64,000 nt of DNA from Phormidesmis sp. (GCA_965248535.1 CBDFJR010000005.1:384001-448000); one strand, 5' to 3'. Shown: positions 8,221-18,496, counted from the first letter of the stretch. Numbers and translations are program-made. The notes: a model not told the origin generated them from the sequence alone.

Positions 8221-9277
8221 GAACCCGCTGACGCTTCAAGGCTGCACCCAATCCTAAAAATGCGCCCAACGTCAACAGTCCCACTACAGGAGAGGGTTCT
8301 GGAATCGATTTAGACTTCAGCACCGAGAAGGCATACTCTCCTAGAATTTCGTGCCCTCTGGTAGTCGGATGAAGCGGGTCCCAAAACAAAAAGTTAGGCG
8401 CATCCGTCACGGGATTGCACGGAGTCGCAGGCGGTGGAGCGGTTGGAAAGAGAGGCGTAGCGGGCAAACACTGCTCGGTCACGTTAGTCAACCCAAAGCG
8501 ACTAGGGCTGGCGATCGCTTGGTTGACCAGATCATTCACATCTAGAGGAATGATGTTAACGCCCAAGGTGGAAGGCAAAACGCCCAAGGTTTGAGCCAAA
8601 GCCGTGTTGTGAGCACTGCTCAAAAAACTCAACCCCTGAGAACGGGCTAGATCTCCCCGCGTTAGGGGCAGCTTACCGAGATCTGGCAAATTTGCGATTA
8701 AAAAGTTTTTTGCGCCACTCCCCGCCAGTTGGGTGATGGCTGTGCTGAGATTGGCGATCGCGCTTCCAACCGTGCCTTGGGGATCGGTGAGATTGGGGTT
8801 TAGATAGTCGTTTGCGCCTGCCCACAAAACGTAGAGAGCCTTTTGATCAGGAACCGGATTCTGACTTTGAAAGGTCGTAATCTGCTGCTGCAAGCCCGGT
8901 AGATTAGTCCCCAGTAATGGATTTAGCCCGTTGTCTCGTCCTGTAGTTGCGCCCCCATAGGCAAAATCATTCTTTGTGTCAACCCCAAGGCCCAGATCTT
9001 TGGCCAGATAGTCAACCCAAATGGCACCGTTAGAAAAGCGCCCATTGGCATATCCGATCGACAAACTGCCATTAGCAGCCGGAATCACCGGAGGCGGAAC
9101 GAGTCCCCCGGTGTCTCTCAACACGTTGCCAACATCAGAAAGGCTATCACCAAACACATATAACTGGCTAAAGCTGGCTGCGTGGGCGGCTTTGGGGAGC
9201 GAGATCAGAGCTACGATCGGCAAAGCAGTCAACGACAAAACCAACGATCGCTCACGGGAAGCTTTGAATACAGACAC
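8165..9277 (-). CDS. SGNH/GDSL lipase-esterase with signal peptide and PEP-CTERM-like sorting tail
   Basis: FGDSLSD, GRFSNG, GAND and DPLHPT blocks; AHA-A signal cleavage site; IPEPS + TM + KRQR tail. Confidence 0.9.
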   Translation of the reverse strand: MSVFKASRERSLVLSLTALPIVALISLPKAAHAASFSQLYVFGDSLSDVGNVLRDTGGLVPPPVIPAANGSLSIGYANGRFSNGAIWVDYLAKDLGLGVDTKNDFAYGGATTGRDNGLNPLLGTNLPGLQQQITTFQSQNPVPDQKALYVLWAGANDYLNPNLTDPQGTVGSAIANLSTAITQLAGSGAKNFLIANLPDLGKLPLTRGDLARSQGLSFLSSAHNTALAQTLGVLPSTLGVNIIPLDVNDLVNQAIASPSRFGLTNVTEQCLPATPLFPTAPPPATPCNPVTDAPNFLFWDPLHPTTRGHEILGEYAFSVLKSKSIPEPSPVVGLLTLGAFLGLGAALKRQRVLKQPVLNKMPPEVPVGVE

Positions 9278-9349
9278 GTCATTCTCTCCAAGGTGAAAGA
9301 AGTTAAAGCGTGAAAAGATCTTCTAGGGAAATCTCAATCGATTCTTGAG

Positions 9350-9517
9350 CTAGTAGTCCGCCAAACTGGCTCTGAGGAGTAATATCGAACCACTTAGCCA
9401 ATATCTCGTTTGCAGGGGGTTTGGGGGAGGCAACCGTCCCCCAATGGGGGTTTGGGGGCACGCCCCCAAGGGTCGGCAGCCCAAGACTATCGCCTCATCT
9501 CCAAAGCTCTGGACTAG
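9350..9517. mobile_element. MITE-like miniature element with nested G/C hairpin repeats
   Basis: Ends are CTAG-TAGTCC...TGAGG and CCTCA...GGACTAG (imperfect inverted). Internal hairpins are TTGGGGGA-N8-TCCCCCAA (9421-9444) and TTGGGGGC-AC-GCCCCCAA (9452-9469). Confidence 0.55.
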
Positions 9518-9732
9518 TCAAAGTTGAATGGGTGAACTGCTAGATATTCTCTCCTCATTACGCCAAGATTTCCGTTGATAAGGATCGTCCTTTATAAAAT
9601 CTTTACTGAGCATGGCGGAATCTACGGATTTGCCACCAGAAAACGCTTCACAAACTGTCTTTTCTCGAATGATGGAGAAGAAAGCAACAGTCTCTACAAT
9701 AGAGAAACCACGTAACTGGGTCAGCGTTTCCT

Positions 9733-10477
9733 GTGATTTTCCGTTTAGTCCACCCTGCATTGGCTTCACTCTCTTTGGCTCCTGACTTTAGAGGCAGTTC
9801 GCTGCGATCGTTGGGATATCAAATCGGGGTCGTTTTAGTTTGGCTGGCGATCGTCGGCTTACTCGCAGAAGCCGCCAAACGCTTTGGCAAAGCAGACACC
9901 GAAGTGATCTCGCAAAGTGGTGCACATTGGCACCGGAAACGTCGTTTTGATCGCCTGGTGGCTCAAGATTCCTCTGTGGGTAGGGGTTTCAGCATCGATT
10001 TTATTTAGCGCGATCGCGCTCCTCTCTTATTTCGTGCCGATCTTGCCCAACATCAACGGCATCGGTCGCAAAAGCTTTGGCACGTTCTTTTATGCGGTCA
10101 GCATCGGTTTGCTAGTAGCCTGGTTTTGGTCAATTGATCAACCGCAATATGCCGCTTTAGGCATCTTGGTGATGACGTGGGGCGACGGCTTGGCCGCGCT
10201 AATTGGTCAACGCTTTGGTCGGCACATCTATAAACTGTGGGATATGCAAAAAAGCTGGGAGGGGTCTCTCACTATGCTGATAGTCAGCTATGCCGTTAGC
10301 TGGCTGATCGGGGTAGGCACCGTCGGCAACATCTGGCAAACCTGGCTCATTTCTCTGATCGTTGCCTTGGTCGCCACTGGGCTAGAAGCCTTTTCAAAGT
10401 ATGGAATCGATAATCTCACCGTGCCGATCGGCAGCGCCGCGATCGGGTTCTTTCTCAGCCAGCTATTGATTCCTTAG
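9733..10477 (+). pseudogene. Phytol kinase / dolichol kinase-family membrane protein split by a +1 frameshift near 9907-9910
   Basis: Frame 1 reads ...KADTEVI. The +1 frame continues RKVVHIGTGN...WGDGLAALIG...KSWEGS...IDNLTVP (family motifs). It may be an assembly error rather than a true pseudogene. Confidence 0.75.
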
Positions 10478-10639
10478 CCTCGATCCATCGCAGGGGTGAG
10501 AGACTGAAAATGCCACCCCCGCTAGACTGAGAGTAGTTAAAACCCCAGCCAGGAAACTTTTGGCCCTTGAGAAAAGTCGCTGGTTTCATAACTTGAAACC
10601 GTTTTCCCTAAGACTCTGATCGTCCCCTACCCTGTAACC

Positions 10640-11260
10640 ATGACCTCTATCGTGAAGCCGCCCAGCCCAGCCCCTAATTGGGAAGAACACTCTCTCACCT
10701 CGCAGCCCGACCCTGAGCAACTAGACAATATCAAAGCTCAATTAGATCTGATCTTGCTGGCACTTGAAGCGATCGCGGGCATCAGTTCTGAAGCCATGCT
10801 GCAAGCGGCAGCCGATTTAGGTCTAGAATCCGTAGTTGCCGATCGGGTCTCTCTCTGGCGATTGCGTCAATCTAGCCCCTTAAGAAAAGGCCAAGGCGGA
10901 CGCAAGAAACTTGATGTCGAAGAAGCGCGGGCCCTCTCGCTCATCATCTGTCACCTGGCAAAACAGCACAATGAGTTAGTGCGTCGAGCCGTCGCCTTGC
11001 TAGAACAGCTTGCCGAACAGAATCGTGAACCCCACCAAGCCTCGCTGTTAGGAAACTATTTAGATGCGTTTCACAATACCTACCAAGAGCGGATGGAAGA
11101 TGGCGAAACGGTTCCAACCGATATCTTGACTCATCTGGCCCTCAAGCTTTTAATCGATTTATTGTTTTATGGCAGTTCAAACGGAGTCCGGCGGCTCTGG
11201 CTGACCTTGTTGGAGCGATCGATACCCTCCCCTCAATCTTCTCTCCCCTCTCACGCCTAA
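10640..11260 (+). CDS. DUF3038-family cyanobacterial protein
   Basis: LDLILLALEA, VSLWRLRQSSPLRK and LKLLIDLLFY motifs; paired with the downstream DUF4335-like gene. Confidence 0.8.
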   Translation: MTSIVKPPSPAPNWEEHSLTSQPDPEQLDNIKAQLDLILLALEAIAGISSEAMLQAAADLGLESVVADRVSLWRLRQSSPLRKGQGGRKKLDVEEARALSLIICHLAKQHNELVRRAVALLEQLAEQNREPHQASLLGNYLDAFHNTYQERMEDGETVPTDILTHLALKLLIDLLFYGSSNGVRRLWLTLLERSIPSPQSSLPSHA

Positions 11261-11290
11261 CTCTCTCTGACGTACTTCACTTTTGAACCC

Positions 11291-12715
11291 ATGTCTTTTT
11301 CTCCCTCAGTGACCCGACGGTATACGCCGCCCACCTGCACGTTGGCAATCTCCGCAAAAGACTCGCCCCTCTCGCGCTGGACAGGTCGCTCGCTGTTGAA
11401 ACATCTGCGGTTTAAACTCAGCTTTGACGATCCGCGAATCAGCGATGATCACTGGGTGACGGTGCAGGGCGATCGCACTCAGTTAGAATCGCTCTCTCAA
11501 GTGGTGACTGCCTATGTTCAGCAGTTTCTTAACCAATCCACCACTCTCTTAAATGCTGCTCACTTACCGCGTTTAGACAGCAATGTTAGCCAACGTCTTG
11601 GTTATTCAGCGATCGCCGCAACGCCAGGGGTGATGTCTAGTTCTGCCCTCGGTGATGCCAACTCTGGGTCAGATAACCCGGCTAAGATTTCAATTCAGCC
11701 GAGCGGCATTCTCTCCCATGAGCTATTTCTAGGAACCCTGTCTACTCAAGAATCGGGCGCATCCATCCGTTTAAGTGCCGTGCAGCTTGCAGATCTGGCC
11801 AGTGCTTTAGATGACTATGCCGCCGAGGTGACAGCCCTCCCTAATCTCAATCGCCCCGCTTGGTTAAGATCATCGCCTCAGTGGACAAGTCTGGCCGCCA
11901 CAGCGCTAATCGCCTTTGGACTGACGGCCTCTGTCTTGCGGTTGCTCGATCGCCCTGCTCAAAATCAAACCGTTGCGACCAGCAGCCAAGGAGCCAGCAG
12001 CAGCGACCAGCGCCTTGCCGTTCAACCCCTACCGAATAGCTCTAACGCTAGCCCGTCGGCCGCGTTGCCCACGACTCCTCCACCCTTGACCTCTATTCCT
12101 AACCCGCCTGCTCCATCTATTAAGCAGACGACTCCTTCAACGGGCACTCTGCCTAAAATCACCATTCCGTCTGAGCCTCCAGCCAACTCCGTGCTTGTAG
12201 ACCCGCCTCCCGGAGCCATCACCATTCAGCCTGTGCCGTCGGGCGATCGTCCCACTATTTATCCTGTCTCTCCGGTGCCAGGCAGCCGCGCCGAGGGCAG
12301 CAGTGCTAAGACTCGCAGCGCTCCCAGTTCGTCTGCGGCAGGTCAACGGGCGGTCGGAGAGAGAGCCGCGATCGCCTCCAACAGCACCAGCCCTAACCTC
12401 AGCCAAGACAGCACTGCCTTTGACACCATTGATCAAGTGTCCGAAGTCAGAAAAGTCTTTCAAAAGCGTTGGAAAGCTCTCCCAGAGACCTCGGAAAAGT
12501 TGCAGTATAATGTGACCCTAAACGCAAACGGCACCATTCGGAGCATTATCCCCATCAATCAGGTGGCAGGCGATTATATCGATCGCATTGGCATGTCTCG
12601 CTGGGATGAACTGTCTGTTTCACCCCTCCAGAAGGGAGATAGCGCCGTGATTCGAGTGGTTCTCAGCCCAGACGGAACGGTGCAAACCTTCTTGCAGCCA
12701 GCCAGTGGGCAATAA
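11291..12715 (+). CDS. DUF4335-family membrane protein with Pro/Ser-rich linker
   Basis: RRYTPPTCTL N-terminus, QLADLASALD, one TM segment, Pro-rich linker, C-terminal domain. Confidence 0.8.
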   Translation: MSFSPSVTRRYTPPTCTLAISAKDSPLSRWTGRSLLKHLRFKLSFDDPRISDDHWVTVQGDRTQLESLSQVVTAYVQQFLNQSTTLLNAAHLPRLDSNVSQRLGYSAIAATPGVMSSSALGDANSGSDNPAKISIQPSGILSHELFLGTLSTQESGASIRLSAVQLADLASALDDYAAEVTALPNLNRPAWLRSSPQWTSLAATALIAFGLTASVLRLLDRPAQNQTVATSSQGASSSDQRLAVQPLPNSSNASPSAALPTTPPPLTSIPNPPAPSIKQTTPSTGTLPKITIPSEPPANSVLVDPPPGAITIQPVPSGDRPTIYPVSPVPGSRAEGSSAKTRSAPSSSAAGQRAVGERAAIASNSTSPNLSQDSTAFDTIDQVSEVRKVFQKRWKALPETSEKLQYNVTLNANGTIRSIIPINQVAGDYIDRIGMSRWDELSVSPLQKGDSAVIRVVLSPDGTVQTFLQPASGQ

Positions 12716-12745
12716 AAAAGCGGGGTGTCTCACCAACGTCCCCGC
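12714..12745 (-). terminator. Intrinsic terminator after the Ser/Thr kinase gene
   Basis: GCGGGG-N14-CCCCGC stem followed by a T-run on the minus strand. Confidence 0.65.
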
Positions 12746-12769
12746 CGCCTCATTTCTCACGATCAGCCC

Positions 12770-14707
12770 TTAATAGATTTCTACTGAAAGCGCGAAACTA
12801 TCGGCTTTATCAGAAGACACCTCAAGCGTATAGTCGCCGTCTGCCCGCAGTCGCCCTTGCCAGTCACGAGATTTGCTAGAGCTACCGCCGATCCGCTGAC
12901 CGTTGGGCGCGATCGCGCTAAAGTTCACGTCTCCTTCGGCCACTCTCACGGACATGATCTGTCGATTGCTAGCTTTCAACAAATACTGACGTTTGTGATT
13001 AGCGCCGACTTTGCCCGTCACCACCGTTGCCGATTTGCCACGATCGAACTTAATCCGCTGCGTGTCTGAATAGTCAGAATGACTTAATGGCGTGATCGCC
13101 ACATCGAGCGAGTAGACTCCGTTTCCGGTCACCTGAATGGTATATTGCTCGGTCGCCGGGAGTCGCCCCGTCCAACTGCGAGTTTGATAAGCCGCCGTGT
13201 CAATGCCCTGTTGATTGGCTCGCAGCACATTCATGACCACGCCCGATGACCCTTCTAGAGAAGCCGTCATAATTTGCCCCTGAGTGGCTTCTAAAACATA
13301 GGGCTTTCGCTCATCTTGCAGATTTCCGGGGATGACCATTGAGCTTTCCCCGGCCGGAAACTCAATTCGCTGCGGGTGGGTGTCGCTGATCGGCACAGAA
13401 TTGCTCCCACTCTCTTTAGCGGCATGGAGATTAATCGCTTGCTGAGTCGAACCTGGGGGCAGCGTAACTTTAAACAAGTGTGCTCCAATGCCCAGGGTGA
13501 CTAGAAGACTGGCTGCGATCGCAGAACCCACTCCAATTCCTTTTTTGGTAGGCGGTTTAATTTGATTTGACACAACCTTCTCTGGCGTTTGCGAAGAAGG
13601 CGCACCTTCTGGATGATTTGCCGTCATATAGAGTTGGGTTTTGATGGTGGTCACCGGAGCATCGGCGCGATCGCGAGACGCAGGCGCGATGTCTCGATTG
13701 CTCAGGGGTGCGGGCGGCAACAGCATCGGGTTGAGGAGGGTGCTTTGCATCGCTTCTTCCATCAACGGCTGCAAATCTGCCCAGGTTTCTCGTGCCGATT
13801 GATAGCGATCGCCGGGCTGCAATGCCAGCATTTTTTGCAAGACCAGCGCCAGCAACTCACTGATTTTGGCGTAGGGTTGCCATTGCCAAGCCAAAGTCTG
13901 GCTATCTAACAACCCTTGGGGTTCTCGTCCGGTCAGCAGCACGAGAGAAGTCGCCCCTAGCGCATAGAGGTCACTGTGGGGAGAGACCTTTCCGGTTTGC
14001 AACTGTTCAGGAGGTGCATAGCCCACTTTGCCGACGCGGGTGATGTTGGAGACGATGGGCCAGTTACTCGCCGCTTCCTTGACGGCCCCAAAATCGATTA
14101 AAACGGGCAGTTCTAGGGGCAGATTTTCGCTGGCAGACTGACCAAATAATTGATCAGAGCCTTGATTGTGGCTGCTGAGAATGATGTTTTCGGGAGAGAT
14201 GTCTCGGTGCACGATGTCACGATCGTGAAGATAGCTCAAGACAGGCAGCACATGATTCAGGAAATACAGAACTTCTGTCTCAGAAAACGCTTGTCCCTTT
14301 TGTTTACGGGCTTGCAGCAAACTCCGATAGGTTTGCCCCTTCACAAAGTCTTGCACCAAAAATAAGCGTTGCTCATCTTCAAACGCTGCCCAAAAACGCG
14401 GGATCTGAGGATGCTGAATCTGATAGAGCGTGCTGGCTTCTCGTTGAAACAAGGTTTTAGCTTTCTCGACCAAGGCATCGTCTTGGTAGGGAACTGTAAA
14501 CTCCTTTAAAACACACGGCTCGTTAAAACGCTCTTGGTCGATCGCTAGATAGGTTCGACCAAACCCACCTTGGCCCAAGACTTGCTTAACCAAATATCGC
14601 TGGCGGAGCAACGTTCCTAAAGAGATAGAGGACACCATTTCAGTTTGCATAGCTTTGGAGGACAAAGAGGGCCTTGAAAGACTACCTACGTAGCGATTAT
14701 CACTCAA
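12770..14707 (-). CDS. Membrane Ser/Thr protein kinase (Pkn2-type) with two C-terminal PPC-like extracytoplasmic domains
   Basis: LGQGGFGRTY, VLKEF, HRDISPEN, DFG and YAPPEQ motifs; TM at GVGSAIAASLLVTLGIG; two repeated RIxF...Y.L.A..GQ domains. The real start may be at 14650. Confidence 0.92.
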   Translation of the reverse strand: MSDNRYVGSLSRPSLSSKAMQTEMVSSISLGTLLRQRYLVKQVLGQGGFGRTYLAIDQERFNEPCVLKEFTVPYQDDALVEKAKTLFQREASTLYQIQHPQIPRFWAAFEDEQRLFLVQDFVKGQTYRSLLQARKQKGQAFSETEVLYFLNHVLPVLSYLHDRDIVHRDISPENIILSSHNQGSDQLFGQSASENLPLELPVLIDFGAVKEAASNWPIVSNITRVGKVGYAPPEQLQTGKVSPHSDLYALGATSLVLLTGREPQGLLDSQTLAWQWQPYAKISELLALVLQKMLALQPGDRYQSARETWADLQPLMEEAMQSTLLNPMLLPPAPLSNRDIAPASRDRADAPVTTIKTQLYMTANHPEGAPSSQTPEKVVSNQIKPPTKKGIGVGSAIAASLLVTLGIGAHLFKVTLPPGSTQQAINLHAAKESGSNSVPISDTHPQRIEFPAGESSMVIPGNLQDERKPYVLEATQGQIMTASLEGSSGVVMNVLRANQQGIDTAAYQTRSWTGRLPATEQYTIQVTGNGVYSLDVAITPLSHSDYSDTQRIKFDRGKSATVVTGKVGANHKRQYLLKASNRQIMSVRVAEGDVNFSAIAPNGQRIGGSSSKSRDWQGRLRADGDYTLEVSSDKADSFALSVEIY

Positions 14708-15336
14708 TATCTCTCTCGGTACTCATGGGGCATGACCCCCCATAGAGTCAGGTTCTGCCTTCTGAAAAGCCTTCAGTCAAAAGATTTCTATGAAGTAATT
14801 GAGATCACTTAGGACGGGATACGTTAAAACACGGGTTTAATCCTGGTGACAGTTAGAGCGCGATCTCGTTAAATATACGTAACTGCTTTGAACCCGTGAG
14901 GTTGAAACGCACTGAAACATTGCAGAATAATTCGTTAGTCAAAGAGTTAATCGTTGTACAAAAACCGTACAAAAAACCGTACAGAGGGTTTAGATTTTTG
15001 ACTGGATTTTTGAACCTAGCGATCGGGTCTGAACTTTGACGGATAAATCTTCACATCTCCCTAGAGATAGAAGAATAGTGACCAGCAAGCCATATAAAGT
15101 TTTATGACGAGATTAGTTGAGTTGACTGGCTTGACTGCAACTAAAAGTTAAGCGAAACTTACATTGACACGCTTAACTGCTTTCAAGTTTATTGACTTTT
15201 GTGACGATTTAAGTCGCAGTGAGTTGATTGATCAAAGTTCAGTAAAGTGTAAGAAAATTAGAGCAATCGTGTGCAGTCATCACTTGATGGTGACGATCGT
15301 GCCCTTAATACGCAGCCCTTTTGTAGAGCCGAGAGT

Positions 15337-15546
15337 ATGGAAACGCTAGAGTTTGTGATCTACCCAGATGGTCGAGTGCAAGAGACGGTGACAGGCATCA
15401 CGGGGACTTCTTGTGCAGAAGTAACGGCCGCGATCGAAGCCCAGCTTGGTCAAGTCCTAACTACAGAGCACACCTCTGAATATTTCGCGCAAACCGTTCA
15501 GCACTCTGCCGCTGTGACGATTCAAGCAACGTTTAGCCACTGGTAA
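15337..15546 (+). CDS. DUF2997-family small protein
   Basis: METLEFVIYPDGRVQETVTGITGTSCAEVTAAIEAQLG; ATG at 15337. Confidence 0.85.
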   Translation: METLEFVIYPDGRVQETVTGITGTSCAEVTAAIEAQLGQVLTTEHTSEYFAQTVQHSAAVTIQATFSHW

Positions 15547-15588
15547 TTCTTTTCAGTTTGTAAAGTTTTAAATACGTTAACCACTGCC

Positions 15589-15975
15589 ATGTCACACTTT
15601 AGCCAAATCAAAACTCAAATTCGCGATCTCACCTCTTTACAGTCTGCTTTAGACGATTTGGGCATCGACTGGAAATCTGGCCCTCGCGAAGTTCGGGGAT
15701 ATCAGGGTCTAACTCACACTGCTGAGGTTGTCATTGAGCAAGACAACGGCTACGACATTGGGTTTGCCTGGAACAGTCAATCTTATGAACTCGTGTCCGA
15801 TCTGCAATTTTGGAAGCAAGACAGCCCGGTTGATTATTTTCTCAGCAAGATAACCCAGCGCTATGCCTATCACACGATCGTCAACGAAGGTGCTCACAAA
15901 GGGTTTCAAGTTTCTGAACAAAAGCGCAACCAAGATGGCTCGATTCGTCTAGTTTTGCAACGCTGGAGCGCGTAA
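15589..15975 (+). CDS. ycf35: Ycf35 / DUF1257-family protein
   Basis: MSHFSQIKTQI, YDIGFAWN and TQRYAY are Ycf35 motifs. Confidence 0.88.
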   Translation: MSHFSQIKTQIRDLTSLQSALDDLGIDWKSGPREVRGYQGLTHTAEVVIEQDNGYDIGFAWNSQSYELVSDLQFWKQDSPVDYFLSKITQRYAYHTIVNEGAHKGFQVSEQKRNQDGSIRLVLQRWSA

Positions 15976-16439
15976 TGTCTTCCTCCCACGGGCCAGGCTC
16001 TTCAGGCGACTTCTTGGGCCCAGAGCGAACAGGACTAGAGCCTGAATTAGGCGGTTTTTTGAGAGACGCAGAAGCCCGATCGGGGTTTGAGCCAGAACTG
16101 GGCGGTGCCTTTCGGCAGAAGGGCGTTTATGTCGATGAGCTTGTCTGCATCGGCTGCAAACACTGTGCTCACGTTGCCCGCAACACGTTTTACATTGAGC
16201 CTGACTACGGGCGTTCTCGCGTCGTCTCTCAAGACGGAGACTCAGAAGACCTGGTTCAAGAAGCGATCGAGACCTGCCCTGTTGACTGCATTCACTGGGT
16301 CGATTACACGAGCTTGAAAAAGCTAGAGGAAGAGCGCAAATATCAGGTGATTCCAGTAGTCGGGTTTCCGGTTGATCACGCCATGGTTGCCAGCAGTCGG
16401 CGTAAACAGAAAATGAAAGCCAAAAAGAAGGAACGCTGA
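15975..16439 (+). CDS. Bacterial-type Fe-S ferredoxin (Fed7-like)
   Basis: VYVDELVCIGCKHCAH...CPVDCIHW; TAATG coupling to ycf35. Confidence 0.88.
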   Translation: MSSSHGPGSSGDFLGPERTGLEPELGGFLRDAEARSGFEPELGGAFRQKGVYVDELVCIGCKHCAHVARNTFYIEPDYGRSRVVSQDGDSEDLVQEAIETCPVDCIHWVDYTSLKKLEEERKYQVIPVVGFPVDHAMVASSRRKQKMKAKKKER

Positions 16440-16499
16440 TGTCAAGTCTTATCTAGAGTTGAGGCTCCAATAGTAGTTGACTAGAGCCGTCTCAACTGT

Positions 16500-17090
16500 C
16501 TAGCTCTCACTGCTGAAGACTTCAGAAGCCACTTCTTCAGTCTCTTCATCGATCACCAGCGATTGAGTTACAAACGGCAGATGAGCGCCTGTCAGCCCTT
16601 TTTTGATGCGCTCAGGTGTTTCTTCAAAGACAACAAACAGCGGATAAATTTTGGCAGTGCCTTCGCTGAGAATGTGTTGATAGCGAGGAGGCATGACCCA
16701 CTCATAATCTTTGTCTAATAGAATCTGTGTGCGCCGCCAGCGACCCAAAAGGTCAGAGAAATCTTCTTCGGGCTGATGAATGAAGATCAGGATTTCACGC
16801 CCGGTCTTGATCTTCCATTCGGGGTCGCAGAGCACGATCGCCACCTCACAAGGCAACATCAGTGACTCAACGGTTGTAATCGTCATGGCCCCACTCGCTG
16901 ACGGAGATGAGTGACGAAGCTTAACGATCGGCAGCGGAATCGTAATCACGCTCTCTTCGGGCCTTCGCAGGCTGGGCAGCATCTCTAGATAAGCCCGATA
17001 GCGTTTGAGCAGCGCGATCGCTTCAGCCGATTGGCTATAAGCAGCTAGCAGTTCTTCGTAGTGAGACTTTTGAAGGGTCATAGTAAGCAT
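16500..17090 (-). CDS. Conserved cyanobacterial hypothetical protein
   Basis: 196-aa ORF with normal composition (PSLRRP, CDPEWKIK); function not recognised. Confidence 0.75.
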   Translation of the reverse strand: MLTMTLQKSHYEELLAAYSQSAEAIALLKRYRAYLEMLPSLRRPEESVITIPLPIVKLRHSSPSASGAMTITTVESLMLPCEVAIVLCDPEWKIKTGREILIFIHQPEEDFSDLLGRWRRTQILLDKDYEWVMPPRYQHILSEGTAKIYPLFVVFEETPERIKKGLTGAHLPFVTQSLVIDEETEEVASEVFSSES

Positions 17091-17097
17091 CTCTCAT

Positions 17098-17140
17098 AAA
17101 AAAGTCAGAAGCTAGAATCCCACCTCGTCTAACTTCTGAC
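17098..17140 (-). terminator. Intrinsic terminator after pilC
   Basis: GTCAGAAG...CTTCTGAC stem with a T-run on the minus strand. Confidence 0.6.
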
Positions 17141-17168
17141 CGGGCTGTGTTTAAAGGCTCTGAGCAGG

Positions 17169-18398
17169 TTAGCCAAGTTTCTCAAACACTTTGAACATGG
17201 GCAGATACATCGCCATCAGAATGCTGCCCACCATGCCACCCAAGAACAGAATCATGATCGGTTCCATAATGCTGGTCAGACCTTTGACCGCCTGTTCAAC
17301 TTCATCTTCATAAAAGTCAGCCACTTTCATCAGCATTTTGTCGAGTTCTCCGGTTTCTTCGCCAATGCTCATCATCTGAATGGCCATCGGTGGAAACACC
17401 TGCTCTTTTTGCAGCGCAATGCTGATCATCCCACCCGTCTGAATCTCTTTTCGGGCTTCGTCGATCGCGTTAGAAATCACCTGATTTCCGGCGGTGTCTC
17501 GCACAATCTCTAAGCAAGTCAAGATGGGCACACCAGAGCGAGTCAACGCACCAAACGTTCGGCAAAATCGAGCCGTAGCCGTTTTCTGAATCAAATCCCC
17601 AAACAGCGGCATTTTTAGAAAAAACCGATCCATCGTCTCTTGTCCTACTCGTGTTTTGTAGTATTGCTTATAGGCAAAAACAACTAGAGGAATCAGAACG
17701 ATCAAAATGATGACGTTAGGACTGCGAAGGAAAAGGCTAATGTTTAACATTGCCTGAGTAAAAGCAGGCAAATCGGTACCAATCTGCTGAAAGATGCCAG
17801 CGAAGATAGGAATTAAAAAGATGGTCATCGCCAGGAAAATAACGGTCGCAATCACCCCCACCACCACAGGATAGGTCATCGCTGACTTAATCTGGTTCTG
17901 CAATCGGGCAACATCTTCTAACAGTTTGGCTAAACGGTCTAACACCTCGTCTAACACCCCGCCGACTTCTCCCGCTTGCACCATGCTAGTGTAAAGCCCG
18001 TCAAAACATTGGGGATGTTTACGCATGGCCTCAGAAAGGTTGGTGCCCTGCTGCACATCGGCACTGATCTCCATCAGCGCTTTTTTGAGTTTTGGATTGG
18101 TGCACTGGTCAGCCAGCACGCCTAGACTCCGCACCATTGCTACCCCCGCATTGGTCAGCGCTGCAAACTGACGCGAAAACACTGCCTTGTCTTTAACCGA
18201 GACCTGAGCCGTTGCAGCTTGAAACTTTTTAACGTCAAAGAGGTTGTTAGGATCAAAGCCCTCGCTTTGTTTGAGTTCTTGAACAAACAGCCCTTGATCT
18301 CGCAGGGCCGATCGAGCCTCTCCTAAAGAATCAGCAATCACTTTTTCTTTCTTGGCATTTCCTTTGGCATCTCGGACGCGGGCGACGTAGGTAGGCAT
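17169..18398 (-). CDS. pilC: Type IV pilus inner-membrane platform protein
   Basis: FSRQFAAL, AGEVGGVLD, KSAMTYP and GEETGELD; two T2SSF domains. Confidence 0.95.
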   Translation of the reverse strand: MPTYVARVRDAKGNAKKEKVIADSLGEARSALRDQGLFVQELKQSEGFDPNNLFDVKKFQAATAQVSVKDKAVFSRQFAALTNAGVAMVRSLGVLADQCTNPKLKKALMEISADVQQGTNLSEAMRKHPQCFDGLYTSMVQAGEVGGVLDEVLDRLAKLLEDVARLQNQIKSAMTYPVVVGVIATVIFLAMTIFLIPIFAGIFQQIGTDLPAFTQAMLNISLFLRSPNVIILIVLIPLVVFAYKQYYKTRVGQETMDRFFLKMPLFGDLIQKTATARFCRTFGALTRSGVPILTCLEIVRDTAGNQVISNAIDEARKEIQTGGMISIALQKEQVFPPMAIQMMSIGEETGELDKMLMKVADFYEDEVEQAVKGLTSIMEPIMILFLGGMVGSILMAMYLPMFKVFEKLG

Positions 18399-18455
18399 AG
18401 CTCAGAATCTAAATGAAGAATGAAACGCTGATCGGGAAATGGGCAGTCACAGTTT

Positions 18456-18496
18456 AAAAAACTAGGAGCAGGACTATCTCAGTATTATGCTCCTAG
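18456..18496 (-). terminator. Intrinsic terminator-like hairpin between pilT and pilC
   Basis: CTAGGAGCA-N17-TGCTCCTAG followed by T6 on the minus strand. Confidence 0.55.

Noticed and set aside
14956..14970. NtcA box in the GTACAAAAACCGTAC repeat
   Set aside because: The spacing is GTA-N9-TAC, not N8.
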